Source of the DNA: Octopus bimaculoides
Lineage: Eukaryota
DNA length: 32,461 nt
Assembly (NCBI RefSeq): GCF_001194135.2
Contig: NC_068983.1
Coordinates: forward strand, 11,725,987-11,758,447
Reading direction: 5' to 3'
Below the pieces are notes generated by a model, which saw nothing but the letters and a program-made list of their open reading frames with translations, was not told the origin of the DNA and did not search any database. Each line of letters starts with the position of its first letter. Position 1 is the first letter of the stretch. A program made the translations under genes and the position numbers. Shown piece after piece: positions 11,431 to 22,540 of the stretch.

Positions 11431-11507
11431 CAAATGAAGTAATTTGAAAAAGTAGGAGTCCTACTTCTTGTGTGTGTGTGTACAGTATATATATATATAT
11501 ATATATA

Positions 11508-11700
11508 TAGTTACGGAGATGTACTTGCATAGCAAGTGACTTGATCTGAGATTGTGTGCTGGAAGGAAAACAATTACAGCATGGGAGGTGTTTATAAGCC
11601 ATTTAAGAAATAAACAAAAACCGTTAGATTCACTTCAACATTTAAATTTAATTTGCCAAAATATTTTTGTCGCTTTGAGACCGCGACCTGTTCATCTTCC
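11508..11700. repeat. interspersed repeat flanked by (TA)n, possibly Penelope-like
   Basis: Embedded between TA arrays. GTCGC/GCGAC hairpin at 11669-11687. Family assignment is uncertain. Confidence 0.35.
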
Positions 11701-11737
11701 ACGCTGCAATTGTTTATATATATATATATATATACAT

Positions 11738-11882
11738 ACATGAGTAAGCACATAAATGCAAAAAAAACAAGGTGGAAAAAATAGTGCTTGAATACTGAAG
11801 TAAGATTAATATGCTTTTTTATTAAAGCTGCAAAAACATTACAAGAACTGTTACTCTAAGTAACAGTTTTTGTAGCTTTAAC
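11738..11882. mobile_element. probable Penelope-like remnant with terminal fold-back
   Basis: Homologous to 25977-26150 and 21128-21225 (GAGTAAGCAC...AAGGTGGAAAAAA.AGT). Inverted repeat AACTGTTACT-CTA-AGTAACAGTT at 11846-11868. Confidence 0.5.
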
Positions 11883-11884
11883 AA

Positions 11885-12241
11885 AAAAGTGCTTCCCAGT
11901 CACATGGTTCTGGGTTCAGTCCCACTGCATGGCACCTTGGGCAAGTGTCTTCTACTATAGCCTCAGGCTGACCAAAGCCTTGTGAGTGGATTTGGTAGAC
12001 GGAAACTGAAAGAAGCCTATTGTATATATATATATGTCTGTATGTTTTTGTTATTTGTGTCTGTGTTTGTCCCCACCACCGTCACTTGACAACCGATGTT
12101 GGTGTGTTTACATCCCCGTTACTTAGCAGTTCAGCAAAAAGAAATCAATAGAATAAGTCCTAGGGTCGATTTGTTCGACTAAAGGTGGTGCTCCAGCATG
12201 GCTGCAGTCAAATGACTGAAACAAGTAAAAGAATAAAAGAA
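11885..12241 (+). mobile_element. SINE family A, near full length
   Basis: Colinear with 22541-22930. Tail AAAAGAATAAAAGAA. Confidence 0.9.
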
Positions 12242-12487
12242 TATATATATATATCAAAAAATCATGAATCCAGTTATAGAACAGTAGTGTATTTAGATAA
12301 AGATAGTTATGCCCAGTTTATAGGGTTACCCAAGGTTTTGTGCCTGTAAAGTGGTTAGTTTTACATATGTCTTATCAGACCATGAGGGTCTAACAAGGCT
12401 TTTGTAAAGCTAAGTGCTTTACAGACTTGAAACTCTGGGTAGCCCTATAAACTGGCCATAAATATCTTAAATCTAAATATGTGTATG

Positions 12488-12531
<44 letters not shown>

Positions 12532-12534
<3 letters not shown>

Positions 12535-12796
12535 TTGCCAGTGCCCCTGGACTGGCTTGTGCAGGTGGCACATAAAAGACACCATTTCGAGCGTGGCCGT
12601 TTTCGTGTGGGTGACACGTAAAAGCACCCACTACACTCTCTGAGTGGTTGGCGTTAGGAAGGGCATCCAGCTGTAGAAACTCTGCCAAATTAGACTGGAG
12701 CCTGGTGTTGCCATCCGGTTTCACCAGTCCTCAGTCAAATCGTCCAACCCATGCTAGCATGGAAAGCGGACGTTAAACGACGATGATGATGATGAT
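12532..12796 (+). mobile_element. RTE family E 3' UTR end
   Basis: Same motifs and (GAT)n tail as the other E copies. Lies next to (TA)n. Confidence 0.9.
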
Positions 12797-12803
12797 TATA
12801 TAT

Positions 12804-13485
12804 ATCATCATCATCATCGTTTAATGTCTGTTTTCCATACTAGCATGGGTTGGATGGTTTGACTGGGGGCTGGCAAGCCAGAAGGCTGCACCAGGCTCCA
12901 ATCTGATCTGGCAAAGTTTCAACAGCTGGATGTCCTTCCTAACGCCAACCACTCCGAGAGTTTAGTGGGTGCTTTTTATGTGCCAGTCAGGTAGTACTGG
13001 CATCAACCATGCTTGAATGGTGCTTTTATGTGTCACCGGCATGGGAGCCAGTCAGGCAGCACTGGCAATGATCAAGCTCGAATTGTGCTTTTTACGTGGC
13101 AGCAGCATGGCACTAGCTAGGTGGCACTGGCATTGACCATGCTTGAAAGGTGCTTTTTACATGCAACCGGCACGGGTGCCAATCAGGTGGTACTGTCATC
13201 ACCCATATGACTTCACTTGACTCAACAGGTCTTTGCAAGCGCAGTTTATTGCCCAATGAATGAAGGATACTCTTAAATGGGCCGGTTATGCTGCACAGGC
13301 AAAGGCCACGGTTATGGTCTCATTTGGCTTTCTGAGTCTTCTCAAGCACAGCATATCTCTAAAGGTCTCAGTCACTTGTCATTGCCTCCGTGAGGCTTAA
13401 CGTTTGAAGGTCGTATTCACTACCTCATCCCAGGTCTTCCTGGGTCTACCTCTTCCACAGGTTCCTTCTACTGCTAGGGTGTGAC
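12804..13485 (-). mobile_element. 5'-truncated RTE LINE: ORF C-terminus, modular 3' UTR and tail
   Basis: 13320-13483 translates to LAVEGTCGRGRPRKTWDEVV / DLQTLSLTEAMTSD*DL*RYAVLEK and is contiguous with the E modules and (GAT)n tail. Confidence 0.85.
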
Positions 13486-13739
13486 AGAGAGAGAGAGAGA
13501 GAGAGATATGGATACACGCAACTACATAATATTTCAAATGTTGCATATGCACATGAGTATTAAATACTAAGAGTACATGGGAAACAGATTTTCTAAAATA
13601 TCCAGGAGGTTCCTTAGAGATATTAGATAGGTTTTATTATTACATCTGAAGTACTTCTTAGGTAATATAATTCACAGTGGAGAAGGATGCTCTGAAAGTA
13701 AAGAAGAATCAGCTGGAAAATGTTCAGAGACCTATTACA

Positions 13740-15287
13740 ATTGGTCTCTGCTGATACCCTAACAGTTTCTCTCTCAGAATGAAAGTAGACGGTATGATGT
13801 GTATGTACAGCAAAACTAGATGGTGGTGAGATATGAACCCTGAATACAGAGGACTTGCAAACACTAGACAGAACTGAAACAAGCATGCTCCTCTGGATGT
13901 GTGATGTAAGTATACATGAATGACAGAGTAGAAATGTTTTGAGAGATAAACTAGGCATAAGTGCAATCAGATGAAATAGGCAAGAGAGAAGACTGCATTG
14001 GTATAGGCATGTAACATGTTTGGATGAGGGCAACTGCTTAATGAGTATGGAACCCATGGAAGAAGGAGACCGAGTAAGATGTAGGACAACATAGTGAAGG
14101 TCAATCTCAGGAAGTTGATTGACAGCATGTGGTGCTTGAGAAGACCTGCCCATCACAATGAAACTGAGGTTTGAAAAGCATCATGTGTAAGCACACATAA
14201 TTGGGCCCCTCACATCAATTTGTACCCACCAAACTTTCCCTAACCCCTCATTTTGTCTCCCTATCATTCTTCTAACTACTAAATTATTCAACTGTTGTTA
14301 TTAACTGAGAGTAGAACTACATATTTTAACTCTTACACTTCTTTTTGACAAACCATTTGTCAATCGTAACATTGGCCATCTCCACTCATATTTTCTATTC
14401 ATTACTTTCCTATGCCACCAGTTATTTCTCTCCCCTGAACTACTTCCTGCTGACACCAATACATCAAACTTTAACACTGTTTCATATTTACTTTGTTCAC
14501 CACTCACTATATACATCCATCTCTAATTTCCCCCTACTCTTTCAACCTATACCCACCCATCCTTCCTGATCTTCTGTCCCCACACTCTCTTCCATTCATC
14601 TTCCTGTACTCTGAGGGTTAGGGTTAGGCCCTGGCACCTTATCACCACCATTTTCAGCTCTCTTTCTAGCTCCATGCACCCTTATATAGTGCAGGGTAGC
14701 CACGTATCTCCTCTACAGTAACAAGCCTATTTCTGTCCTTTCTTATTTATTTATTGCCCACAAGGGGCTAAACATAGAGTGGACAAACAAGGACAGACAA
14801 AGGGATTAAGTCAATTACATCGACCCCAGTGCGTAACTGCTACTTAATTTATCGACCCCGAAAGGATGAAAGGCAAAGTCGACCTTGGCGGAATTTGAAC
14901 TCAGAATGTAATGGCAGACGAAATACCGCTAAGCATTTTGCCTGGTGTGCTAACGTTTCTGTCAGCTTGCCTATTTCTCTCCCTTCTGTCATACTTTAAC
15001 CTCTCCTCTCAACATCTAGCACAAAGCCCAATCCCTCTCTGCTATACTCTCATTCAGTCAAGAAGGCTTTTTCAGCCTTGAGAATCATATGGCAACTCAC
15101 TAGTACTGATACCTTGAAAAATACACACAGTTCACTCTGTAAAGTAGTTTATTAGGAAGGTCAATTCAGCTTTAGAACCATGTCAAAGCAGGTACTGGAG
15201 TACAACACAGTCCTTCAACTCATTGGATCCTGTTGAAGCATTCAGTCTATGCCAGCTTGGAAGATAAACATTGAAAGATGATGGTAT
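13740..15287 (+). mobile_element. old 5'-truncated RTE LINE with long pyrimidine-rich 3' UTR
   Basis: DLQTLDRTETSMLLWMC...LRDKLGI...ERRLHWYRHV, then GRRRPSK. Degenerate tail ATTAGGAAGG...ATGCCAGCTTGGAAGATAAACATTGAAAGATGATG. Confidence 0.7.
14742..14971 (-). mobile_element. SINE family B nested in the old RTE
   Basis: Matches 1694-1921. Imperfect 15-bp TSD CTATTTCTGTCCTTT / CTATTTCTCTCCCTT. Confidence 0.9.
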
Positions 15288-15441
15288 AAAAATTAACAGT
15301 TCAATACTCAAATATTTTATAGATATAAACAAATTTAAATGCGAAGTAAATGTGAACCAAAGAATTTCTAGTGTTCCAGAATATACTCTCGAGACATTGT
15401 CATCTAAGAGAGATAAGAGTGAAATTGTATGTGGTGTGTGC

Positions 15442-15483
<42 letters not shown>

Positions 15484-15834
15484 TGGAGAGCAGAAGAAAG
15501 AGAGAGGATGGAAGCAAAGAGAAACTGACAGAGAAAGAAAAAGACTTCAATGTTATAAATTGGCAACATTTCTATATCTATCAGGTTTAAAGTTTTAAAA
15601 AAAAATTTTCTGCTTTATTGTGGGAACCTAAGACCCAGGAATTTTTCTCTTCATGCATTATTCTGAGATGATTTTGAATTTATGGAGGCATTTTGGGAAA
15701 CAATTTGTTGAGAAATATCATGGTTTCAAAACAAAAGATTGAAGCTTATTTGTGAAATACAAAATAACACCCAACTAAAATACCCATCAAACAAGTGCAA
15801 AATATTCATTTTATATTTGTTAAGGAATACTCAC

Positions 15835-15920
15835 GATTTAAGGAAGTCATTTCATAAGGAAAACAAATATTTAGACTGATGTAAACTACATGTATTTGCA
15901 AAATTGCTTTCTTCCCTATT
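15835..15920 (-). other. candidate 86-nt exon of an unidentified minus-strand transcript
   Basis: Acceptor TGTTTTCAG| and donor |GTGAGT in non-repeat DNA. One frame is open (IGKKAILQIHVVYISLNICFPYEMTSLN). No recognised homology. Confidence 0.25.
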
Positions 15921-16286
15921 CTGAAAACATATAAATGTATATATGATGGAATGTGGCCAATATAGCAAATATATGCCAACAATCTGGTATGACATGTGGA
16001 ACAATATTAGATTAATTTCTTATAAACACAAGTACACAAATTTCGGTGGAAGGCAGGTGGAATAGTTGATATCAATTTAGCAGTATATCACTGACAATTC
16101 TGTAATCAACACTGGTCACTGGTCAATTCAATTATCAACACCAGAAGAATGAAAGACCATGTTAAAACCAGCAAGATTTGAATAAAAATATAAGAACAAT
16201 AATAAAGAGACAAAAGTAAATAATATTTTATTGGTCATTCTACAGTTTTTCCCACTCATTCCACCCTATCAATAATAATTTCGATA

Positions 16287-16591
16287 AGCGTGGCCGTTGC
16301 CAGTGCTGCCGAACTGGCTCCTGTGCAGGTGGCACGTAAAATACACCATTTCGAGCGTGGCCATTGCCAGTACCGCCTGACTGGCCTTCATGCCGGTGGC
16401 ATGTAAAAGCATCCACTACACTCTGTAAAGTGGTTGGCGTTAGGAAGGGCATCCAGCTGTAGAAACTCTGCCAAATCAGATTGGAGCCTGGTGTTGCCAT
16501 CTGGTTTCACCAGTCCTCAGTCAAATCGTCCAACCCATGCTAGCATGGAAAGCGGACGTTAAACGATGATGATGATGATGATGATGATGAT
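16287..16591 (+). mobile_element. RTE family E 3' UTR end
   Basis: Tandem modules, GGAAGGGCATCC and a (GAT)9 tail. Confidence 0.9.
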
Positions 16592-16979
16592 TTCTTATAT
16601 AAGCACAGGGTCAGAAATTTGGAGTTGTTAAGGTGTCAGTTGATCAAGTAATATGTATTAAATAACATTTTCAAAAAAATCTATAATACCTCTGAGTTTT
16701 GATTACTGCTATATTATTGTGATCTAAAGGAAATCACCCATCTCTCCCAGATGAATAGGCAACTCATTTTTATCCAGTTCACATCAAAAGCACATCACCC
16801 CAATCAATGAACCAGGGTTCACCATGGAAATTTGGCTGCCGTTACTCCACTTACAGCAGTCCAAAATTCCCTTATCTCAAACCCTACAGTTATAAATATG
16901 GAACAACAGATTAGAGACTGTAGTCCAAGATGAGGGGATAAAAAAAAACTGCATGGTCATGGGTAGGATGCATCTGAAA

Positions 16980-18760
16980 ATAAGTCGGTTCAGTCAATAG
17001 GGCTAAACACAATAACGTTTCTGTGAAGAGGTGTATCTGTTTCCTCTTATACGGCCTTCAAAATGATATTTAAAAATTCGTGAGAGGTGGTCACTGATTA
17101 TTGCGTGGTATACGTTTTTTGTTTGACAGATTTAGTCATAAAGAATTGGCACAAGATGTGATCCTTGTTAAACCGAATTGTTTTTAATAAATGCTAGTAT
17201 AAGAAGAAAAAATACTATCCGAACTAAGTCGATCATGAAAAGCTGGTTTTAAATTTGAATTCAAGCGGATTCGAACTTACGACAGACTTATTAAAGAGTT
17301 ACTAAAAACGAAGCAAGACAAATGGAGAAAGCCGGATACAGCAAGAACAATTCAAGAAGCCTTGCATAAGGAATCTGCAAGGACACGGGAAATAAATAGT
17401 TCAGTTATCAGAAATACAATTAAAGGCTGTATTCATGAGAATAATAATAATAATTTCTTACTTAGACACAAGACTAGACATTTAGTGGGAGGAATTAGTC
17501 GATTAAATCAACCCCCAGTACTTGGCTGGTGCTTAATTTCATTGAACCCGGAAAGATAATAATAATATTACTAAGTAATGTGCTAATAATGATATTACCG
17601 CGAATAATAATGTTAATAAACCACTTGTTGAAGAGGAAATCGTTTCCGAAAGAGCACACGACATATATGTCAATGAGAGTTGCCTGCAATCATTGAAATA
17701 ATTAAAATAAAGAAAAATAAAATAAATCAATGGATATTGCAAGGGTTGTCAGCAAAATTCGGAATCATTCACCGATAAATAAGAAGCTAGTGGAGTTATA
17801 TTCTAAATGTGCGCATTAATACAAATGTTTCTGGAAGACTAAAGCAAAATTACACAAGAAATGATAATTAAGAGCAAGATGGTGGATGGTATCTCTAGTA
17901 AGATATGGAGTCTTATTATAGATTGAAAAAAGGGGAAAGAAAACGTTCGTTTTTAAACGTTTTCACTGAATAAAATTAATAATAACGCTAACATAACACT
18001 TCACTGAAAAATTTGTTTTCATGTTATGAAATAATTGAGTCATTTCTCCGTAATATTTTTTTCTTTTTTAAACTGATGACTCGCCATCACACTATGTTCT
18101 TTTCTTCTTTTTTCCTTCTTTTACTTTTATTATCCACTTGTCATATAATATAGGCTTAATTTACATTTATTATCTTCCAAAGTATTTAAGGTGAACTACG
18201 TCGAACACGCTTAATTCTAAAACGAAGAGGAAGACATGTAAGTTTCTATATAGGTGAATGACGATAAAATTAAATTTAACAAAATAACAACCTATGCCAA
18301 ATAGTAGTACTAATAAAACAGCAACTGACTATAAATTTCGAATTAAAAAAGAAAAGACACGTTTCGGTTTAATTCTCTCTTTCTCTCTCCCTTTATCACA
18401 TACATACCAGCTTCATACAAAGATTCTAATATAACAGAAAAACAGACAAGAGAAATGTCAACAAAAGGGTTTATTTATTCTCTATAGTATAACAATTCTT
18501 CCTCAAATAAAATACGATCGCAAGATAATGGCAACTGTAGCATCAGTTGTTAATCAAGCAAGTAGCATTTACCTGCAGACTGGAGAGATGGAGAAGAGGG
18601 CGACCGAAACTGAAGAATTCCAGAAGCCAAGTTTCACATGAATAGTTGTTTGAATATGTAATTACCAATCACGAGGGATAGCGACTACAAAAGCCTTCGG
18701 TGAGGAAGGGAGTATAGTAAAAACTAAGAAAGAAAGGCGATTTTATGGAGAGGCAGGGAG
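16980..18760. promoter_or_regulatory. CpG-retaining, largely unique block; candidate promoter or 5' gene end
   Basis: Hand counts give 15 CpG in 16981-17400 and 15 in 18181-18720, versus 3 in 9181-10020. CCAAT at 18665-18669. Minus-strand donor CTGCAG|GTAAAT at 18573/18572. Confidence 0.35.
17456..17556 (-). mobile_element. SINE B-variant 3' fragment
   Basis: Similar to 23297-23400 (AG(A/G)CACAAG...GATTAAATCAACCCCCAGT...GGTGCTTAATTT). Confidence 0.55.
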
Positions 18761-18969
18761 ATTTGGTTGACATTATTGAGATAAGCAAGAAAAATAATTT
18801 TAAAAAATGCATCCCAGGTATTTAGTTTTTTAAAAAAACCTGAATGCAAACCGAGACAAAAAATTTTCATTGATACAGAAGAAAATGCATAAAATTATCT
18901 TCAATGCTTCTATTAAAATACTGGACCAAACTACAATATAAGCTGTTACAGTATAGAGCCTCACACGCA

Positions 18970-19966
18970 AAATTATGTACATATGCATTAACATATATAT
19001 ATTTGTATGAGTGTATATTTGTACATGCATGCATGGATACACATTGATATATGTGTATCAAAAACACATTCTTGTATGTATATAAGCATAAAATGCAAGC
19101 ATATACATACATAGATACATACATACATTTGTATACATATATATATATACATATTGTAGCTATGTGTATTCAAATACAGATACCTTTCTATACATACATG
19201 TATACAAATATTGATATATACATACAAAATTGCATACATATATGCATATGTTTATACACACACACACACACACACACACACATATTTATATATATACATG
19301 CATACACACAAAGTACATATTTATATATATGCATACATCACATATAAGCACATATACATCTGCATCTTAGTATACACACTAATATAAAGATATGTACTTT
19401 ACATACATACATATATAGAAACACGCGTATGCATATTTATATGCATTGCACATGTATATCTATAAACATATATATATATATATATGTATACATGCGGGTG
19501 CATCTATGTGTATATGCATGTATACATTTAAAAGTATGTGTATATGTGCACACAATTTCATATATACATGAATATATAATTACACATGTATAGGCATATG
19601 CTTTTGTGAGTGCATATAAATATATGCATATTCTTAAATATATATATATATATATATGTGTATATATATATATATANNNNNNNNNNNNNNNNNNNNNNNN
19701 NNNNNNNATAAACACATATATACAAATATATGCATGTATATATACAAATATATGCATATATATGTATAAAAATATATGCATACATATGTATAAAAATATG
19801 CATATATGCATATCTACAAATATGTGCATATATGTATATATATAGCTATATGCATTTATTTGCATATGTATGTACATATATATATACATATATGCAAATG
19901 TATATATGTATACACATACACACACATATATATGCAAATAAATGCATATATGTATACATATATATC

Positions 19967-20024
<58 letters not shown>

Positions 20025-20035
20025 CATATATATGC

Positions 20036-20066
<31 letters not shown>

Positions 20067-20222
20067 TATGCATATATATATATATATGTATATAAATGTA
20101 TACACATATGTATACGTATACATATATACATATATATATACATCTATAAATACCTATATATATATATATATATATAGGTATACACACACACATATATATA
20201 TAGTCATACATACATACATATG
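18970..20222. repeat. ~1.25-kb compound alternating purine-pyrimidine microsatellite (TA/CA/TGCA/TACA)
   Basis: Direct inspection. Short gap at about 19677-19707. Confidence 0.9.
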
Positions 20223-20224
20223 TA

Positions 20225-21108
20225 CAGGGTACAGTGAATAAACTGTTGTCTAAGTTACACAAAAATGAAGATAACACTGACATCTCATTTTAACAGATAT
20301 ATTTGCCAAAATTATATAAAAATATCTTGAAACACTAAGAAGTAAATTTATTCAATAAAATCACCATTAGCTTCAACCACGGCCTCCAGACGACTTTGGA
20401 ATCTCCTGCAACTCTTTTGGACGGTCTCCTTGTTTAAGTTGGTGAATGCTGCCATAATTCTTACTTTCAGTTCATCTTCGGTGTTACAAGGAGTTTTGTT
20501 GGTCTCTTGCTCAACTGCACCCCACACATAATAATCAAGGGGGTTGCAGTTTGGGGAGTTAAGTGGCCAGATGTTAGGGGTGGTGTGGTCGCAGAAATTG
20601 TCTGACAGCCATGGCTGGGTTCTCCTGTTTGTGTGGCATGGTGTGGCATGGTGCAGAGTCCTGTTGCCAGACATAGGGTCTTCCAGCAGCCACCCTCTTG
20701 ACCAAGGGCAGCACTACCTCCTCCAGACACTTGATGTAGGCCTCCATGTGTGAGAAGATGAATGGAGGCATAACGTCGCCACCACTAGTGATCACTCCAA
20801 ACATCATGATGTTAACTGGATGTTTGATTTTTATCATTCTCGGTATATGTCCTCTGATTGCATTATCCTCAGATTGACACCCAAACACTCAGAAATGTTG
20901 GTATTGGAACTTCTGGCATGAATGCCAAGCAGTACAGCATGTCATTTCCAAATTTCTGGTAGAGTGAATTGCGTCATGATGCTGGTTTTCTCATAGACGG
21001 TACCCAACTGACTCTACTATACTGTGTAGTCGACAAAATATAAAAAAACAATGTGCATGCACTAAATTAAAAATATAAAATGGCAACAATTTTACCCATC
21101 GCACCCTG
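20225..21108 (-). mobile_element. internally deleted Tc1/mariner-superfamily DD37D (maT) transposon
   Basis: TA at 20223-24 and 21109-10, with imperfect TIRs starting CAGGGT. Motifs KHPVNIMMFG, WQQDSAPCH and WPLNSPNCNPLDYYVW. 37 residues lie between the last two Asp once the 10-bp duplication is removed. Confidence 0.88.
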
Positions 21109-21127
21109 TATGAACACACACACACAC

Positions 21128-21225
21128 AGGTCAGCACATAGGTGCAAAACAAGGTGAGAAAAAGTTACTCGAGTACCAATGGTAGAGCAAAAAACTGTTA
21201 TAATGAACCCCACAAAATTTCATAA
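21128..21225. mobile_element. degenerate copy of the 11738/25977 repeat
   Basis: CAGCACATAGGTGCAAAACAAGGTGAGAAAAAGTTACTCGAGTACCAATGGTAGAGC aligns with those copies. Confidence 0.5.
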
Positions 21226-21587
21226 ACCTTTACTTTGACTGTTCATCAGGTAGTTGTGATAATACAGACTAGTCTCTATTATTACAACTGTCTGATAAAT
21301 GGTCATGTGAATCTCGGAAAAATAGTTTGTGAAGACCTTTTAGCTTTAATAAAACAGCATACACACGCACACAATTTTTCCCCCTTGAGCCCAGGCTGGT
21401 TACTCAGTTTCCGTGGTGTATATAAGTGACCAAGATCATATTTGGCCTGAATGAGATGCCACCAGTTATGATAGGAGTGGGGAAGTTGATTATATCAACC
21501 CTGAGATATAACTGGTACTTTAATTTATTGACCCTGATTCAATGTGCTAAAGATTCTGTCACTTCACACCCTTATATGAATATATAT

Positions 21588-21897
21588 AAGCGAAATCGTG
21601 ATGGCACCACCGTTCGAGCGTGATTGTTACCAGCGTTGTCTTCCTGGCACTTGTGCCGGTGACACATGAAAAGTCATTCGAGCGAGATCGTTGCCAGTGC
21701 CGCTGGACCTTCTCCTGTGCAGGTGGCACATAAAAGCACCCACTACACTCTCGGAGTGGTTGGCGTTAGGAAGGGCATCCACCTGTAGAAACTCTGCCAG
21801 ATCAGATTGGAGCCTGGTGCAGCCATCTGGTTCGCCAGTCCTTGGTCAAATCGTCCAACCCATGCTAGCATGGAAAGCGGACGTTAAACGATGATGA

Positions 21898-21901
<4 letters not shown>
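21588..21901 (+). mobile_element. RTE family E 3' UTR end
   Basis: Modules plus tail. Flanked by TA-rich repeats on both sides. Confidence 0.9.
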
Positions 21902-21937
<36 letters not shown>

Positions 21938-21981
21938 ATATAATATGTGACAATTAGTCGGTTGCCATAATAAAACTCCAC

Positions 21982-22114
21982 CCCCTACCAGAGCCTTCTG
22001 GAGCTCTAGGTGTTTTCGCTCAATTAACACACACAACGCCCGGTCTGGGAATTGAAACCGCGATCCTCTGACCACGAGTCTGCTGCCCTAACCACTGAGC
22101 CATTGCACCTCCAC
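21982..22114 (-). mobile_element. SINE family D, 5' part
   Basis: Matches 28220-28354 and carries tRNA-like A/B boxes. Confidence 0.8.
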
Positions 22115-22179
22115 AATGAATTCTTTTACTCAAAACAAATTGACTCCAGTACAAAGCTTTTTAAATTTGGCACTTAATA

Positions 22180-22316
22180 TATCTATGTCTTTTGGTGAAC
22201 TGTTAAGCCAGGAGATGTAAACAAAACAACACCAGTTGTCAAGCAGTTTGAGGGACCAACACAAACACACACATACATACACACACTCACACACATGTAT
22301 CTATATGTATGTGCGC

Positions 22317-22357
<41 letters not shown>

Positions 22358-22505
22358 TTCCATATAGTTTCTGCATACCAAATTCACTCACAAGATATTG
22401 GTTGGACTTTGGCTATACTAGAAAACACTTGTTCAAGATGTCTTACAGTAGCACTCCACTGAAACCATGTAGTTACAAAATCAGCTTCTCGATCATACAG
22501 CCATG
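22180..22505 (-). mobile_element. SINE family A, older diverged copy
   Basis: Reverse complement aligns with the family A head, internal microsatellite and mid-body. Confidence 0.7.
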
Positions 22506-22540
22506 CCTGTGCTAATATATATATGTGTATATATGTGTGT

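Noticed and set aside
11669-11700. GTCGC/GCGAC hairpin as a third hammerhead
   Set aside because: No CUGANGA-like core, and the GAAA position reads AAAA on the minus strand.
12390-12724. Recurrent small ORFs (MKPDGNTRLQ..., LDALPNANHSESVVG...) at several loci
   Set aside because: Antisense or alternative-frame readings of the non-coding family E repeat. Recurrence reflects copy number.
12960-13200. Regularly spaced repeat units resembling a CRISPR array
   Set aside because: Whole units are homologous with no unique spacers, the context is eukaryotic, and there are no cas genes. These are LINE UTR modules.
15183-15403. Minus-strand acceptor at 15404 in phase with the 15835-15920 candidate exon
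   Set aside because: No good donor follows, and the frame runs into an old RTE tail.
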